IMG/VR virus record: IMGVR_UViG_2821042281_000001
Span: 1,161 to 65,160 of that record
DNA length: 64,000 nucleotides
Strand: one strand, 5' to 3'
From: a virus
Taxonomy: Duplodnaviria; Caudoviricetes
Every line of letters begins with the position of its first letter. Position 1 is the stretch's first letter. The translations under genes were made by a program, and so were the position numbers. Shown one piece after another: positions 17,492 to 27,656 of this stretch. Below the pieces are notes generated by a model that was not told the DNA's origin, did no database searches, and worked only from the letters and a program-made list of their open reading frames with translations.

Positions 17492-20088
17492 CAGAACACA
17501 ATCCTTATGTCTGCGAAGTTGTCATAACCGCGCAAGACCATCTTCCCGTTATTGGCTTGAAGGATGTCGAACTTGAGAGTGCCCAAGCGCGCATTCTGGA
17601 TGTAGACCTCCCCATTCTGGACAACGAACGGATAGGTAAGGCTCCCGTCATTGTTGGGATCGGCAATCGCGAACTGATTGGCCAGTACAACAAACTGACT
17701 GCCCGTTGGAGTGATGTTCACAAACCAGCCCGCCTCGCGCCACGCGCTGCCGGTGCTAAGCCTGCCATAAGCCGCAATCTTCACGGAACCAGATGTTCCC
17801 GCAGTGGCGGTCATTCTCCATGTAGCATTGGCGCTGACATCGTTGACCGACGCATTCACATCTGTGAGTGCGTTTGATACCGCCGTTATCTGGCCGTCGA
17901 CATTGTCCACGCGGCTTTGAAGCAGACTGACAGTGCTCGCATCTGCCTTCTGGCCAAGGCTTACATTGATCTGTGTCAGCTGTTGGCCGATGGCGCTATT
18001 CGGCCCCGTGGCGGCAAATATGTCTTCCGTCCACTGAGCCTGCGCCGTGCCGAAGGTGCTGGTCAGTTCACGGCGGATAGCTTGCCGATCAGCGTAGTTG
18101 CTGTTGTGGTTGTCCGATGTCGTGGTTGCAAGTTCCTGCGCCTGCCGCTTCAACTCGCGTAGGTCATCAGTCATGTAATTGATGAGACCGCGGACATCTT
18201 CATCAAGACGCTCATAATCGACCGGGCTGTCATCGCCGGTGGCATCGAGTGTAGTGAACGGTTTTGCCGCCGACCAAGCCACCGACCGGCCATTGTCCAC
18301 TCGTAACCGCGTCCGAACGAACCAGTCGGTCAGCGAAGTCAGGCCTTCGGTAATCACAACATTTGTCACATCCCACGTGACGAAGTCCCGGAACACCTGC
18401 GACGGGTCATTCGCTGGCCAATATTCGATGTCCACGCCCACGACCGAGATATCGTCAATCGGGTTCCAGATCAGTCTGACGCCAGGAATTTCCCCCTTTC
18501 CATCTGCAACGACCTTGAAGGGGATGACATCAAAGCCTTGCACCTCGGCCAGATACTGTGGCGGCGGCACAACGATGATGTTCGGCGGATTGGTCTCGTA
18601 GGCGGTCGGATCGAACACGCCATTGCTGATCTGCTGCAGCGCAATTGAGATATCGCGAGCACCGTCCGTATTGATCCCGCCAAGCTGGCGCGTCAGCACC
18701 TGATATGTCCGGTCGCCATATTTGGCGCTGTTCCAGCGAACCCACCGGCCTTCCTTGATCGTATCGAGAAATTTCGGGTGAACGACGATTTCCGCCGATG
18801 CCTGATAACGAGCGCCACGGATGGCGATATCTGCAAGCCTGTCCACCTGCCGCACATCGGTGACGGCAGCGTAAGGAATGGCACTGGCAAGCGTTTCCCG
18901 ATCTTCGGCCAGCGCTCCTTCATCGATACGGGTTGCCGCGTCCTTGGTTTCGTAGAAGTCATCCGGCGAAACATAAGAGGCCGCAACGGTATTGATGAGT
19001 TCGGTACGCTTGCGCTTGGCACTGAAACGAAGCGGTGCTCCACGCTTGATATCGTCGTCGGTGATGGTTGCAACGATGGCTTGCGGAGCGCCAGCAATCG
19101 GAAACTCGCCGTCAACACGTTCCACCCACGAGCCGCACATTGCTTCAAGGATCGGCGTCAGATTTGCGTCGTGGTTCGCGCCGGGACCGTCCTTGGCAAT
19201 TGCGTGTGCACGATAGCGCTTCGAACCGTCCGACATGATTTCGTCGCAGATGTTCGCAGCCTGGGTGTATTCTGCCAACGGCAGACGGCTTGCACGAACA
19301 GCCTTGCCGACCATGCGCTGAGTGCCGTTGAAAAAACCGCGCTCCAGATTGTAGATCTGCACGACCGGATTATCGGAATATTCCCACGTGCTCTGATCGT
19401 TCCAGCGATGCGCGCCTGATCCGCCCATCGTGCTGTCTTTGCGCCAGTCGTAAAGCGGCGCGCCGACGACTTCGAATAACAGCTTTGCCGGAGAGGTCAG
19501 GCCGTCGCCGTTCTTGCGAAGCTCCGAAAACACTACGGCATAGGCAACGCCAGCGCCACGATGGTTTGCAGTCCAGCGGCCAGCCGGACGGGCATTGCTG
19601 ATTAGCGTCGGCTCTGCCTGCTGATCCATCGTGCCGTAGAAGAACTTGACGCGGACGTTATCGTGATCGTCGCCACTGGTTCCTTCATTCGGCACAAGCC
19701 AGTAGCCGTTGGCGTCCTGCTGGCTCAAAATGCGCCATTGGCCATTGTATCGAACACGGGGAACAGCCGTGATGCGGAAACTCGACAGGACGAACACGTC
19801 CTGAATGAGCCGACCGCCGCTGCCGTAGCTATTGCGATAGATATGATGGCCTTCAGTCGCGCAGGTACCGAGAATGACCGAGCGCGGGATATTGGCGCCG
19901 TACTGGGTTTCAAGTTCCGATGCGCGGCTCTGCGTCTTTGGAGGGAACAGCGCATTGACGGCATATTTGAGTGCAATGCCGAAGGCTGTCTGCGCGATAC
20001 CGGCGAGGATCGGGCTTGCAGCAGCCCATGCGGCCACGCTAGACACAAGACCGCCAATCGCGGTGAAGATAGGCGCTAAAAATGGCAT
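17491..20088 (-). CDS. Tail tip / host-specificity protein (gpJ-like)
   Basis: 865 aa; WEYSDNP, ANQFAIADP..PFVVQNGEVYI. Confidence 0.85.
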   Translation of the reverse strand: MPFLAPIFTAIGGLVSSVAAWAAASPILAGIAQTAFGIALKYAVNALFPPKTQSRASELETQYGANIPRSVILGTCATEGHHIYRNSYGSGGRLIQDVFVLSSFRITAVPRVRYNGQWRILSQQDANGYWLVPNEGTSGDDHDNVRVKFFYGTMDQQAEPTLISNARPAGRWTANHRGAGVAYAVVFSELRKNGDGLTSPAKLLFEVVGAPLYDWRKDSTMGGSGAHRWNDQSTWEYSDNPVVQIYNLERGFFNGTQRMVGKAVRASRLPLAEYTQAANICDEIMSDGSKRYRAHAIAKDGPGANHDANLTPILEAMCGSWVERVDGEFPIAGAPQAIVATITDDDIKRGAPLRFSAKRKRTELINTVAASYVSPDDFYETKDAATRIDEGALAEDRETLASAIPYAAVTDVRQVDRLADIAIRGARYQASAEIVVHPKFLDTIKEGRWVRWNSAKYGDRTYQVLTRQLGGINTDGARDISIALQQISNGVFDPTAYETNPPNIIVVPPPQYLAEVQGFDVIPFKVVADGKGEIPGVRLIWNPIDDISVVGVDIEYWPANDPSQVFRDFVTWDVTNVVITEGLTSLTDWFVRTRLRVDNGRSVAWSAAKPFTTLDATGDDSPVDYERLDEDVRGLINYMTDDLRELKRQAQELATTTSDNHNSNYADRQAIRRELTSTFGTAQAQWTEDIFAATGPNSAIGQQLTQINVSLGQKADASTVSLLQSRVDNVDGQITAVSNALTDVNASVNDVSANATWRMTATAGTSGSVKIAAYGRLSTGSAWREAGWFVNITPTGSQFVVLANQFAIADPNNDGSLTYPFVVQNGEVYIQNARLGTLKFDILQANNGKMVLRGYDNFADIRIVF

Positions 20089-20163
20089 GCGACAGCCTCA
20101 ATCGGGCGCAACAAAAAAGGCCCGCTGCTCACGGACCTTCAAAGGCGCAAATTGTCGTGGTGG

Positions 20164-20601
20164 TTACAGGCCGACCTTGTAGGCCTGTTCGATATCGGTC
20201 ACGGACAAGAACGCGAGCCCATGCGGCTGTTTCACCGCGAAGCCGGAGCCACAAATGAAACCGGCCACGTATTCGTCATTGATGCGGATAACGCCCACAT
20301 CACCCCGGCGGGCAGAGAGACGATTGACCGGCTCAAGCTGGAGATAGGTTTCGAATACGTCCTTGACGTTCTCACAGCCATTTGCGCGCATCTTGCGAGC
20401 CGCACCGGCTTCGGTCTTGTACTTACCCCGAAACTCAGCAAGCGGGTCTTCGCCGGTTACGGCCTTGATGGCATCGGCGGCAGTCATCAGACAGTCTGAA
20501 ACGCCCCATTCCGGCGTGATCGATACATGAGCCGTCGCAAGGTCTTCCAACGCCCGATCCCAACCGGGAACCCTAGCCGAATTTGATTTTGAAGAACTCA
20601 T
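20164..20601 (-). CDS. NlpC/P60-like tail protein (DUF6950-type)
   Basis: WGVSDCL..GEDP..ARRGDVG. Confidence 0.75.
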   Translation of the reverse strand: MSSSKSNSARVPGWDRALEDLATAHVSITPEWGVSDCLMTAADAIKAVTGEDPLAEFRGKYKTEAGAARKMRANGCENVKDVFETYLQLEPVNRLSARRGDVGVIRINDEYVAGFICGSGFAVKQPHGLAFLSVTDIEQAYKVGL

Positions 20602-21139
20602 TCTTGATCCTCGCGGCATATTCGAAAAGCATGTCACCGGGCGACACAAGCTGCTGGTCCTCATGCGAGGCGTAGCGGTAGCCCTCGCGGAAGTTGTCGA
20701 CCGCGCCCGTTTCAATGTGGCCTTCTAACCAGACCTCGTCGCTTTCTTCGCGGTGGTCGATGTAGTCGACATAGCCGTACCAGGTCGGCTCGGCATGAAG
20801 GAAAGCGTTGTTGTCAGGGTCGAAATAGAAGTCGTAGAACGTAACAGGCCGATTTTTGTAATCTTCCTGCTCGATCAGCCCGAGCTTATCCGGCGTCAGG
20901 CCGAAATCGGCGGCAGCGGGCAGGCGCATGGTGACAGGCTGTGCCGCCGTGCCGAGCGCATACATTGGCTCATCAATGTCGATGATGGTGTTACCGTGAT
21001 AGGTCAGGCCACCATAATCGACGATGCCCTTGCCTGAGAAAAAACCATAGGTGCCGGTGCCGAACTCGAACTTTACGGCAGATGCGATCTTGCCCCTGCC
21101 CTCGTTGAGCAGTTGCTGTAGACGTGCAGGAAAGGCCAT
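20573..21139 (-). CDS. Minor tail protein
   Basis: Synteny; SHEDQQLVSPGD. Confidence 0.75.
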   Translation of the reverse strand: MAFPARLQQLLNEGRGKIASAVKFEFGTGTYGFFSGKGIVDYGGLTYHGNTIIDIDEPMYALGTAAQPVTMRLPAAADFGLTPDKLGLIEQEDYKNRPVTFYDFYFDPDNNAFLHAEPTWYGYVDYIDHREESDEVWLEGHIETGAVDNFREGYRYASHEDQQLVSPGDMLFEYAARIKNEFFKIKFG

Positions 21140-21200
21140 GAGTTACCGCCAAGCCATTGAAAGGGTGGATTCAACCGCGCCCAGCTGATATCTGGCCGGC

Positions 21201-21434
21201 ATGATTAGAAGCGTTTGCATGTTGATTGTCGGTTTTGGCGCCTTGATCCAAGGAGTTCTTCGCCTTGGAAATCCTGCCCAGGCCGTTGAAAAAACGGGCT
21301 GGCTGTATCAACAGTTCGGTGACCAAGGCATTGCCATCGGCATGATCGCCATGGGTGCCGTCGCATTGGTCATAGGGGCCATTATGTTCAACAACACATG
21401 GATCCGGGCTATTCGCGCTCGGCGACAGCGGTAG
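21201..21434 (+). CDS. Two-TM membrane moron, opposite strand to the tail operon
   Basis: Two hydrophobic segments, basic tail. Confidence 0.6.
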   Translation: MIRSVCMLIVGFGALIQGVLRLGNPAQAVEKTGWLYQQFGDQGIAIGMIAMGAVALVIGAIMFNNTWIRAIRARRQR

Positions 21435-21440
21435 CCATGG

Positions 21441-22052
21441 CTACCTCGGCACCTCAATGAGCTGAAAAGACGCATCGGGAAACTTGCCTTCGCCAATTTC
21501 CCATGTCCGCGGCATGAGCCGCATATTCATAACAGGGTCTTTGAATCGCACCGTCGCGCCGACAGTGATGTAGGAAGGCAGAAAGGGCTCAACCTTCACC
21601 TGCACGCTCGTGCTAGCCGCCGTAGCGTCGGCAACGATGCGAGCGATGAAATTGTAGTCGCCAATCGTGAAGCCTACCAAGTCGCCGTTCGTCAGCTTCA
21701 GCCCCACTGCGACCCCATTTAACGTAAGTGTATTGCCGTTGATCGCGTCCAAAGTTGCCGTACCGGTAATCGCCGAGTTGTTTGCGTCGCCCCAATAGGC
21801 TTGCGGAATGCAAACATGCTTCGGCGTATAATGCACCGTAACCTGCCCGCCGCGGCACCGATCGATGAACGCCTCGAGCCTCTGGCGGTGCGCGTTCGTC
21901 ATCGCTTTTATTTTCGCCGTCCACGTCCAGAACGGATCGCCGTTCTCAATGGCAGAAATCGCCCGATCCCCGTACTGAGACATTGAGACCGGGCGATTCA
22001 GGACCGGGAAAGTCGGCTGATATCGAAGGCCAGTCGGAAGTAGTTCAGCCAT
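21441..22052 (-). CDS. Distal tail protein candidate
   Basis: Directly follows tape measure. Confidence 0.7.
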   Translation of the reverse strand: MAELLPTGLRYQPTFPVLNRPVSMSQYGDRAISAIENGDPFWTWTAKIKAMTNAHRQRLEAFIDRCRGGQVTVHYTPKHVCIPQAYWGDANNSAITGTATLDAINGNTLTLNGVAVGLKLTNGDLVGFTIGDYNFIARIVADATAASTSVQVKVEPFLPSYITVGATVRFKDPVMNMRLMPRTWEIGEGKFPDASFQLIEVPR

Positions 22053-24469
22053 TACTTTGCCAACCCTCTTGAGTTTACCTGCCGCAGATCACGCGCGGTC
22101 CGGACGGCACCCGACTTATCGTAGGAAGCCAGCCCCTGTTTGACGTTGCGCTGTGAGATGCGTTCGACCTCGGCCTGCCAGTTGCCGTCGCGATCCACAA
22201 AGACACGCACGTCGGCAATGCCGGATTGCGCTTGCTGCGTCGCAGCAGATGAGCGCAGGATCGGCATGGATGGCGCGCGTAAAGGTGAGCCGCCGTCCTT
22301 CAGTCCGATAACACGCCCGCTATTGATGGCTTCGAGCAGTGCACGATTGCGCTTTGTCGCTGCCGCATTGACGACGAATTCCTCGTCGCTAAGCATCGCC
22401 GGGATTTTGTCGCCACGTGGACCGCCAGGACCGCGAACGATACCACCGCCAGCACGCTTTACCGGCCCACCGTTCTTGCGGAAGATGCCACCCAGAGCGC
22501 CGAATAAATTGAAGCCGCCCTTGTCGGTATCGAAGATGTTGGCAAGGCCGATTTCAATCAGTTTATCGGCAATCCTCCCGAGTGCGTTGGCAAAGGTTTC
22601 CGCAGCGCTGGCGCCGTTGATAAAATCGTTAGCAATCCCGCCGACCAGATCCTTTTGGAATGCCGCCATATCTTCAGCGGTTTCCCGAATGCGGTTTTGC
22701 GCCTCGGCAAGCTTGTTAGCCTCTGCGCTGGCAAGGGCCCACTGATCTGCTGTGGCGGCAATTTGTGCTCGCAGTTCCGGAGTGAGTGCAACACCGGCCT
22801 TTTGCGCCGCATTGAGCAGTTCCTGCTCAGTACGCGCCTTCTCCATGGCATAGCCATAGTCGTTGATCAGCGGGTTGATCTGGCGCTGTGCTTCGGTCTC
22901 TGCGACAAGGGCGGCTGTGCGGTCGGCGATACGTTGAATGTCGCTGTCGAAACGCTCGGCGGGAGTTTTCTTCGATCGACCCTTCTTCTTATCGTCGGGT
23001 GTCGTGGCGATACCGCCGCCGTAACCCGATGGGGTTGAGGCGAGGATTTGCTGAGCCTTTTTCTGCTGGTCCTCTAACTTGCCAACAGCCAACCCGAGGG
23101 CGTCTGCGTTTGCCAGTGCCTGATCGGCGGCATATTCCAGCGGTTCAAACTTGAGCCCGGTTAACTTCCGAAACCCCTGAGCTCGCGCATTAGCCGCCGA
23201 GAAGTCCGCATCAGCCTGTGCGTAAGCCGCTTTGGCGGCCTCGAGCTGCAGACTGATCTGCTTGACCAGTTCAGTCTGATACTGACGAGAAGCAGAAGCA
23301 GCGCTCTCTAGCGCAACCTTGTTTCCGTCGACGGCTTCGCTGAATGATTTAGCCGCATGGTCGCCCGACGACATATTGTTGTAGAGCAGGTAAACCGCCC
23401 CAGCAGCTGCACCTGCAAGAAGGCCAATCGGCCCCAGAGAAGCACTAAATGCAGCAACAACACTGGTTCCGGTGCGCAGTGCGGTCAGAAAAGAACCCAA
23501 TGCGACGACAGCCTGACCAATCCCAACTACGACGCCAGCAATCGCCCGTCCAGTGAAGGCGGTAATCAGTACTGTTGCAAACGCTGCGACGACGCCGGCA
23601 ATTTCCTTGAAATTGTCGGCCACGTACTGCAGCGCCTGAACCAACTGCGCACTAGCGCCAGCCGACTTGTCAGCGTTTCCGATGTAGGCCGTGAATTCAT
23701 TGTTCAGCTGTGTGAATGCGTCAGCAATCGTTGCATTAGTCGCTTTGAACTGCGCTTCAATAGGTTTCTGAGCATTCAGGATAGCCTTGAAAACACGATC
23801 GGACGTCAGCTTCCCATCGGCGCCAAGCTGCTTCAAACCTGCGATCGTCGTCTTAAACTCGTCCGCAATCGCCTTCGCGATCACTGGCGCGTTTTCACGC
23901 AGGGATCGCAGTTCGTCACCTTGCAGCACGCCCGATCCAAGCGCCTGACCAAGCTGGAGGATGCCAGCAGCTTGTTCCTGTGCCGATGCCCCACCTGCCT
24001 TAAAGGCTTTCGAGACAAGCGACGTCGCCAAAGCAATCTCGTCTTCAGACTTGGCTACTGCGGCGGCCGATCTGATCAGCCGAGCATACAGGTCAGTATA
24101 GGCTTCAAGACTGGTGCGTGCCTCGTTCGCCCCGTCCTTCAATTCATTCAACGACCGAGCACCAACGCCCGCAGCAGTCGCGGACGCGCGGATAAGGTTC
24201 CCCGCCTGTGTCCAGGCATCTGCGTACTGCATCAACTCTCGCGTACCCAACGCGGCAGTAATGCCGGTCAAAGGGGCCGCTAGGTCTCGCATTGTGCCCT
24301 TGCCGATATTGCCAAGCGCCGCGTTGATACGCTGTACGCTGACATCTGCAGACTTCTCCATCTGGCGCATCTGCCGCGTGAACTGCCCACGCTGCCGATT
24401 GATGGCGTTTTCCAATCGCTTGAAATCGGCTGAAAATTGAACGACAAGAGATTCAAGGTTGGTTGCCAT
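22052..24469 (-). CDS. Tape measure protein
   Basis: 805 aa, Ala-rich; QLGQALGSGVLQGDELRSLREN. Confidence 0.95.
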   Translation of the reverse strand: MATNLESLVVQFSADFKRLENAINRQRGQFTRQMRQMEKSADVSVQRINAALGNIGKGTMRDLAAPLTGITAALGTRELMQYADAWTQAGNLIRASATAAGVGARSLNELKDGANEARTSLEAYTDLYARLIRSAAAVAKSEDEIALATSLVSKAFKAGGASAQEQAAGILQLGQALGSGVLQGDELRSLRENAPVIAKAIADEFKTTIAGLKQLGADGKLTSDRVFKAILNAQKPIEAQFKATNATIADAFTQLNNEFTAYIGNADKSAGASAQLVQALQYVADNFKEIAGVVAAFATVLITAFTGRAIAGVVVGIGQAVVALGSFLTALRTGTSVVAAFSASLGPIGLLAGAAAGAVYLLYNNMSSGDHAAKSFSEAVDGNKVALESAASASRQYQTELVKQISLQLEAAKAAYAQADADFSAANARAQGFRKLTGLKFEPLEYAADQALANADALGLAVGKLEDQQKKAQQILASTPSGYGGGIATTPDDKKKGRSKKTPAERFDSDIQRIADRTAALVAETEAQRQINPLINDYGYAMEKARTEQELLNAAQKAGVALTPELRAQIAATADQWALASAEANKLAEAQNRIRETAEDMAAFQKDLVGGIANDFINGASAAETFANALGRIADKLIEIGLANIFDTDKGGFNLFGALGGIFRKNGGPVKRAGGGIVRGPGGPRGDKIPAMLSDEEFVVNAAATKRNRALLEAINSGRVIGLKDGGSPLRAPSMPILRSSAATQQAQSGIADVRVFVDRDGNWQAEVERISQRNVKQGLASYDKSGAVRTARDLRQVNSRGLAK

Positions 24470-24483
24470 GGCAGGGAGGCTCC

Positions 24484-24828
24484 ATGAGAGTATGTTTTTT
24501 GGTGATTGCTGCCGCCGCTATGGCAATTCCCGCGCAGGCTAATGAGCAGAACGATGCGTTCGCGCGGGCCGCTCTGGAGTGCTGGAACCCGCCTGCTTCT
24601 ATGAAAATGGCAAGCAAGATTGTTCTCTCTGTCGAACTGGATAAAGATGGGGATTTGTCGGATGTGACTGCCAAAGAGTTCCCGAAAGACGGGATTGGAA
24701 AGGCTGGCGTGGAATCGCTCAACCGGGCCTTACAACGATGTGCGCCTTACAAGTTGCCGGGTGGCACATATACTTTGACCATCGATCCGAAGGCCAAAGG
24801 CGCAAAGTCGCTGGATCCGTTTAAGTAG
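24484..24828 (+). CDS. Secreted stand-alone TolA/TonB C-terminal-domain-like protein
   Basis: Signal peptide AQA; CWNPP..VELDKDGDL..RALQRCAPYKLP. Confidence 0.65.
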   Translation: MRVCFLVIAAAAMAIPAQANEQNDAFARAALECWNPPASMKMASKIVLSVELDKDGDLSDVTAKEFPKDGIGKAGVESLNRALQRCAPYKLPGGTYTLTIDPKAKGAKSLDPFK

Positions 24829-24893
24829 ATTTGCGGGGTCACTTTACCAATCATGCCGACACGAGCCATACTCCTTTGCGAGGAGGAAGGTCT

Positions 24894-25082
24894 ATGAAAG
24901 CGATAACTACAGTTTGCGTAGCAATGTTGACTTTGTCCGGTTGCGCCAGCAATCAGGCATCGGACACGGCGAACAAAGAACTAAGATGCCAACAACTGCT
25001 TAGCCGGGCCAACTATGCTGGAATACTGGAAGCTGAACGCGCTCAGGCGCAGGCTGAAGCGACACAGTTGGGTTGCTACTAG
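24894..25082 (+). CDS. Small lipoprotein moron
   Basis: AGGAGG SD; lipobox LSGC. Confidence 0.75.
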   Translation: MKAITTVCVAMLTLSGCASNQASDTANKELRCQQLLSRANYAGILEAERAQAQAEATQLGCY

Positions 25083-25091
25083 AAAGCAACC

Positions 25092-25337
25092 CTATCCCTC
25101 GCTCACCCACTCCCAAAGCTCGTCTTTTTCCGCCTGGCTCAGCGCGCCATCGTCGGTCGAGTTGGCTTTGACGTAACCATCGACGGCAGCCATGAACTGC
25201 CACATGGACATTTGCCTTACTTCTTGCGGCGTGAAGCCGAGCGCCGCGCCGTTGCCGTAGACCGCGGCAAATCTGACTTTACCGTTGGGGAGACTGTCAA
25301 GCTGTTCTCCGTCTGATTTGCCGCTGCTTGCTCCCCC
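25092..25337 (-). CDS. Tail assembly chaperone frameshift extension (gpGT-like)
   Basis: -1 frame ORF GFTPQEVRQMSMWQF; G5 run at 25333-25337. Confidence 0.65.
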   Translation of the reverse strand, partial: GGASSGKSDGEQLDSLPNGKVRFAAVYGNGAALGFTPQEVRQMSMWQFMAAVDGYVKANSTDDGALSQAEKDELWEWVSEG

Positions 25338-25657
25338 ACAGGCTCCTCCGGAACGCCTTGAATGCCAGCCTGCAGGATGATGGTCGCGAAAACGATATTC
25401 TCGGCAGGCGGGCGCTTTTCGATGTAGGTTCGCACGAGTTTCGTGGCGGCCGTCGGCTCCAAGCCTCCACCAATCAGACCCTGCCGGATAACATGAGCAA
25501 TATCGCCGACGCGGCACTGTTTGGTGAATAGCCGCTCCAGTATGACCCAAGGACCTGCATCGCACGCTTCCTGCAATGCTTCCAGTTCGCCCCACCCCAG
25601 GCGGAAGGTATAAGTACCATCCGCCCAGTCGAGCTCAACTTTCGCGTCCCGGCTCAT
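25217..25657 (-). CDS. Tail assembly chaperone (gpG-like)
   Basis: Follows tail tube; FRLGWGELEALQE. Confidence 0.85.
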   Translation of the reverse strand: MSRDAKVELDWADGTYTFRLGWGELEALQEACDAGPWVILERLFTKQCRVGDIAHVIRQGLIGGGLEPTAATKLVRTYIEKRPPAENIVFATIILQAGIQGVPEEPVGEQAAANQTENSLTVSPTVKSDLPRSTATARRSASRRKK

Positions 25658-26112
25658 TACGGAGCCGTCGGCGCAGACGTGCGAACCATTTCGCCGTCAG
25701 ACTGCATCGAAACGTTGTTGGTGGCGCGCTCGCCATTGTTGCCGCCGATTTCAAGGCTTTCGACGTGCATTCTGCCCGTGTAAGTGTACGTCGTGGCGGG
25801 AAACTCGAGATCAAGCTGGACAGGGACGCTATCAATCGATTCCGCAGCATCAAGCCAATCTTCGACTGACTCCGCAGCCAAAACGCCTTCGCCGTTTACC
25901 CCCATAGACAGCGAGACCGCGTCGCGTCCAACCCAGTCGACCTTATCGGGATCTTCGCAATCTGGGATCGGAACTTCGTTCAGGTTTTTGCTAAGGCTAA
26001 TCGATCTTTGAGTAAAACCACAGGGTGCAGCGTAGGTGATTACGCCTCCCACACCCACTTTACCGATCTTAACGCGGACCTTGCCGCCCTTGATCGTAGT
26101 TGCTTGAGCCAT
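25657..26112 (-). CDS. Major tail tube protein
   Basis: APCGFT..GEGVLA..SMQSDG. Confidence 0.88.
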   Translation of the reverse strand: MAQATTIKGGKVRVKIGKVGVGGVITYAAPCGFTQRSISLSKNLNEVPIPDCEDPDKVDWVGRDAVSLSMGVNGEGVLAAESVEDWLDAAESIDSVPVQLDLEFPATTYTYTGRMHVESLEIGGNNGERATNNVSMQSDGEMVRTSAPTAP

Positions 26113-26187
26113 TGCGGCCTCCATACGGAAAAGGCCACCGAAAGGGCGGCCTATAAACAGATTTTCGGGGTGATCGGCGCGGAGGCC

Positions 26188-26604
26188 TTATGGCTGCTCG
26201 ATGATCGCCGTGTAACGGATCGACGCATGATTGATCGCGCCGTCCTGTATGTAGTCAGTTCGCCAGTAGTCGAACGTCACGAGAGCATTAGATGCCAAAG
26301 CAGGCTCCCACCCTCGTGTTGCGAGACGCACCGCGTTTGCGATGTCGCGCATCTGCTTTTTGGCTGGCTCAATCGACCAGACATCCAGTTGGAAAATGAT
26401 ATCGTCAGCGAAAATGCAGTCGGCGTTTGCCTGTTGAGCGCTCGACGCGCCGATGCTGACATACGGGAAGATCGAGGGTGAGACTTGACCTTGGTCATTC
26501 GTCGGCGGGTTATCGTAGCTGCGCTGACCAATCAGCGAGACAAGCGCGGGAAAGCTGCGCAATCGCTGAATAATTGCGCCCTGTAGTTCTAAAACCGGGT
26601 CCAT
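26188..26604 (-). CDS. Tail terminator (DUF3168-type)
   Basis: ELQGAI..FPYVSIG..QLDVWS. Confidence 0.85.
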   Translation of the reverse strand: MDPVLELQGAIIQRLRSFPALVSLIGQRSYDNPPTNDQGQVSPSIFPYVSIGASSAQQANADCIFADDIIFQLDVWSIEPAKKQMRDIANAVRLATRGWEPALASNALVTFDYWRTDYIQDGAINHASIRYTAIIEQP

Positions 26605-27068
26605 TAGCGGTCCGCCGCGATCTGTTTGGCTGCCTTGGTGATTGCGCGCGACACTCGGGCCCGCGCGCTTCGGCGTTTGGCTCGCCATGAGACGTAAAAG
26701 AAAGGTTGCGCCTTGGCCCCAGGGTTGAATGTTCCGGGATACATGCCGCCGTTCACGTGTGGCGCGCTGCCGAATTCGACCAAATGTGCGTAACGCACCT
26801 TGGAATTGCCGGCGTAGATCGTGATTGTCAGCTTGCCGTCATTCGACTTAACACTGCCAATGCGCTGGCTGTACTTGGGCGCTTGGCCCCACGTCCACCC
26901 AATGCTTTCCATCAATTCACCGTCATCGACGGGAACCAGGTTTTGCATCATGTTGACGATGTCCTGCGCGCCTTGCTCCATTGCGGCTTTGACAAGTGTT
27001 TCAGCAACTTCTGGGAATTTCTTCAGCTTTATCTGCAGGCGGTCCAGACCTTTTATCTTAACCGCCAT
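26604..27068 (-). CDS. HK97 gp10 family protein
   Basis: PVDDGELMESI..YAHLVEFGS..AQPFF. Confidence 0.9.
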   Translation of the reverse strand: MAVKIKGLDRLQIKLKKFPEVAETLVKAAMEQGAQDIVNMMQNLVPVDDGELMESIGWTWGQAPKYSQRIGSVKSNDGKLTITIYAGNSKVRYAHLVEFGSAPHVNGGMYPGTFNPGAKAQPFFYVSWRAKRRSARARVSRAITKAAKQIAADR

Positions 27069-27445
27069 CAGTTTTCCTCGCCTTCAATCGCTAGCATCTC
27101 AACGTACTGCCCGCGCTCGTCGGGATTAACGACAGTCTTGATACCGAAAACCCGGTTAGGCTTGTCCCCAGTCTTACCCGCCCGAGCGTCGTAAGCCCGC
27201 CACGATGCCGTTACCTGCCTTGCCGCGGTGCTGCCGCGAATGGTCAGATTGTACGGCTGCATGGACTGCATTCGTGCGGCCATAAGGCTTTCGGAATTGC
27301 TGCCGTAACGTGGTTCCAGCCTTCCCGGGACGGTGAACTGGTCAACCCACTCGCCGCGTGTGCCGCCAAAGCCATCGTCTACGTCCTGCCTGACCTGAAA
27401 CGTCAAACGGCAGTTCAGGCTGCCGGCACCTGCGCGTTTCGCCAT
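27068..27445 (-). CDS. Head closure / head-tail adaptor
   Basis: AGSLNCRLTFQ..DDGFGG. Confidence 0.88.
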   Translation of the reverse strand: MAKRAGAGSLNCRLTFQVRQDVDDGFGGTRGEWVDQFTVPGRLEPRYGSNSESLMAARMQSMQPYNLTIRGSTAARQVTASWRAYDARAGKTGDKPNRVFGIKTVVNPDERGQYVEMLAIEGEEN

Positions 27446-27615
27446 GCTTCAGCCTCGTCTTTTGTGGGAGTGGGTAGTCGCTCGGCCTTACCTGCGGCGA
27501 TAGCGCGGTTAGCGCAAGGCGTAGTCACGAGCCCTACGTACCCCGCCGGATAGCGGATGGTCACTGCAGGTTTTGGAATGAAGTCGTAGGTGGCCGTGAA
27601 GTGGAGCCAGGGCAT
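27415..27615 (-). CDS. Small head-region hypothetical protein
   Basis: Synteny; AIAAGKAE. Confidence 0.65.
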   Translation of the reverse strand: MPWLHFTATYDFIPKPAVTIRYPAGYVGLVTTPCANRAIAAGKAERLPTPTKDEAEAWRNAQVPAA

Positions 27616-27656
27616 TTGATCAGTCCGTAAGAAAAGGGCGCCGTAGCGCCCTAAAA

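Noticed and set aside
14753-20088. Diversity-generating retroelement or invertible tail-fibre cassette
   Set aside because: No RT, invertase or template/variable repeat pair seen
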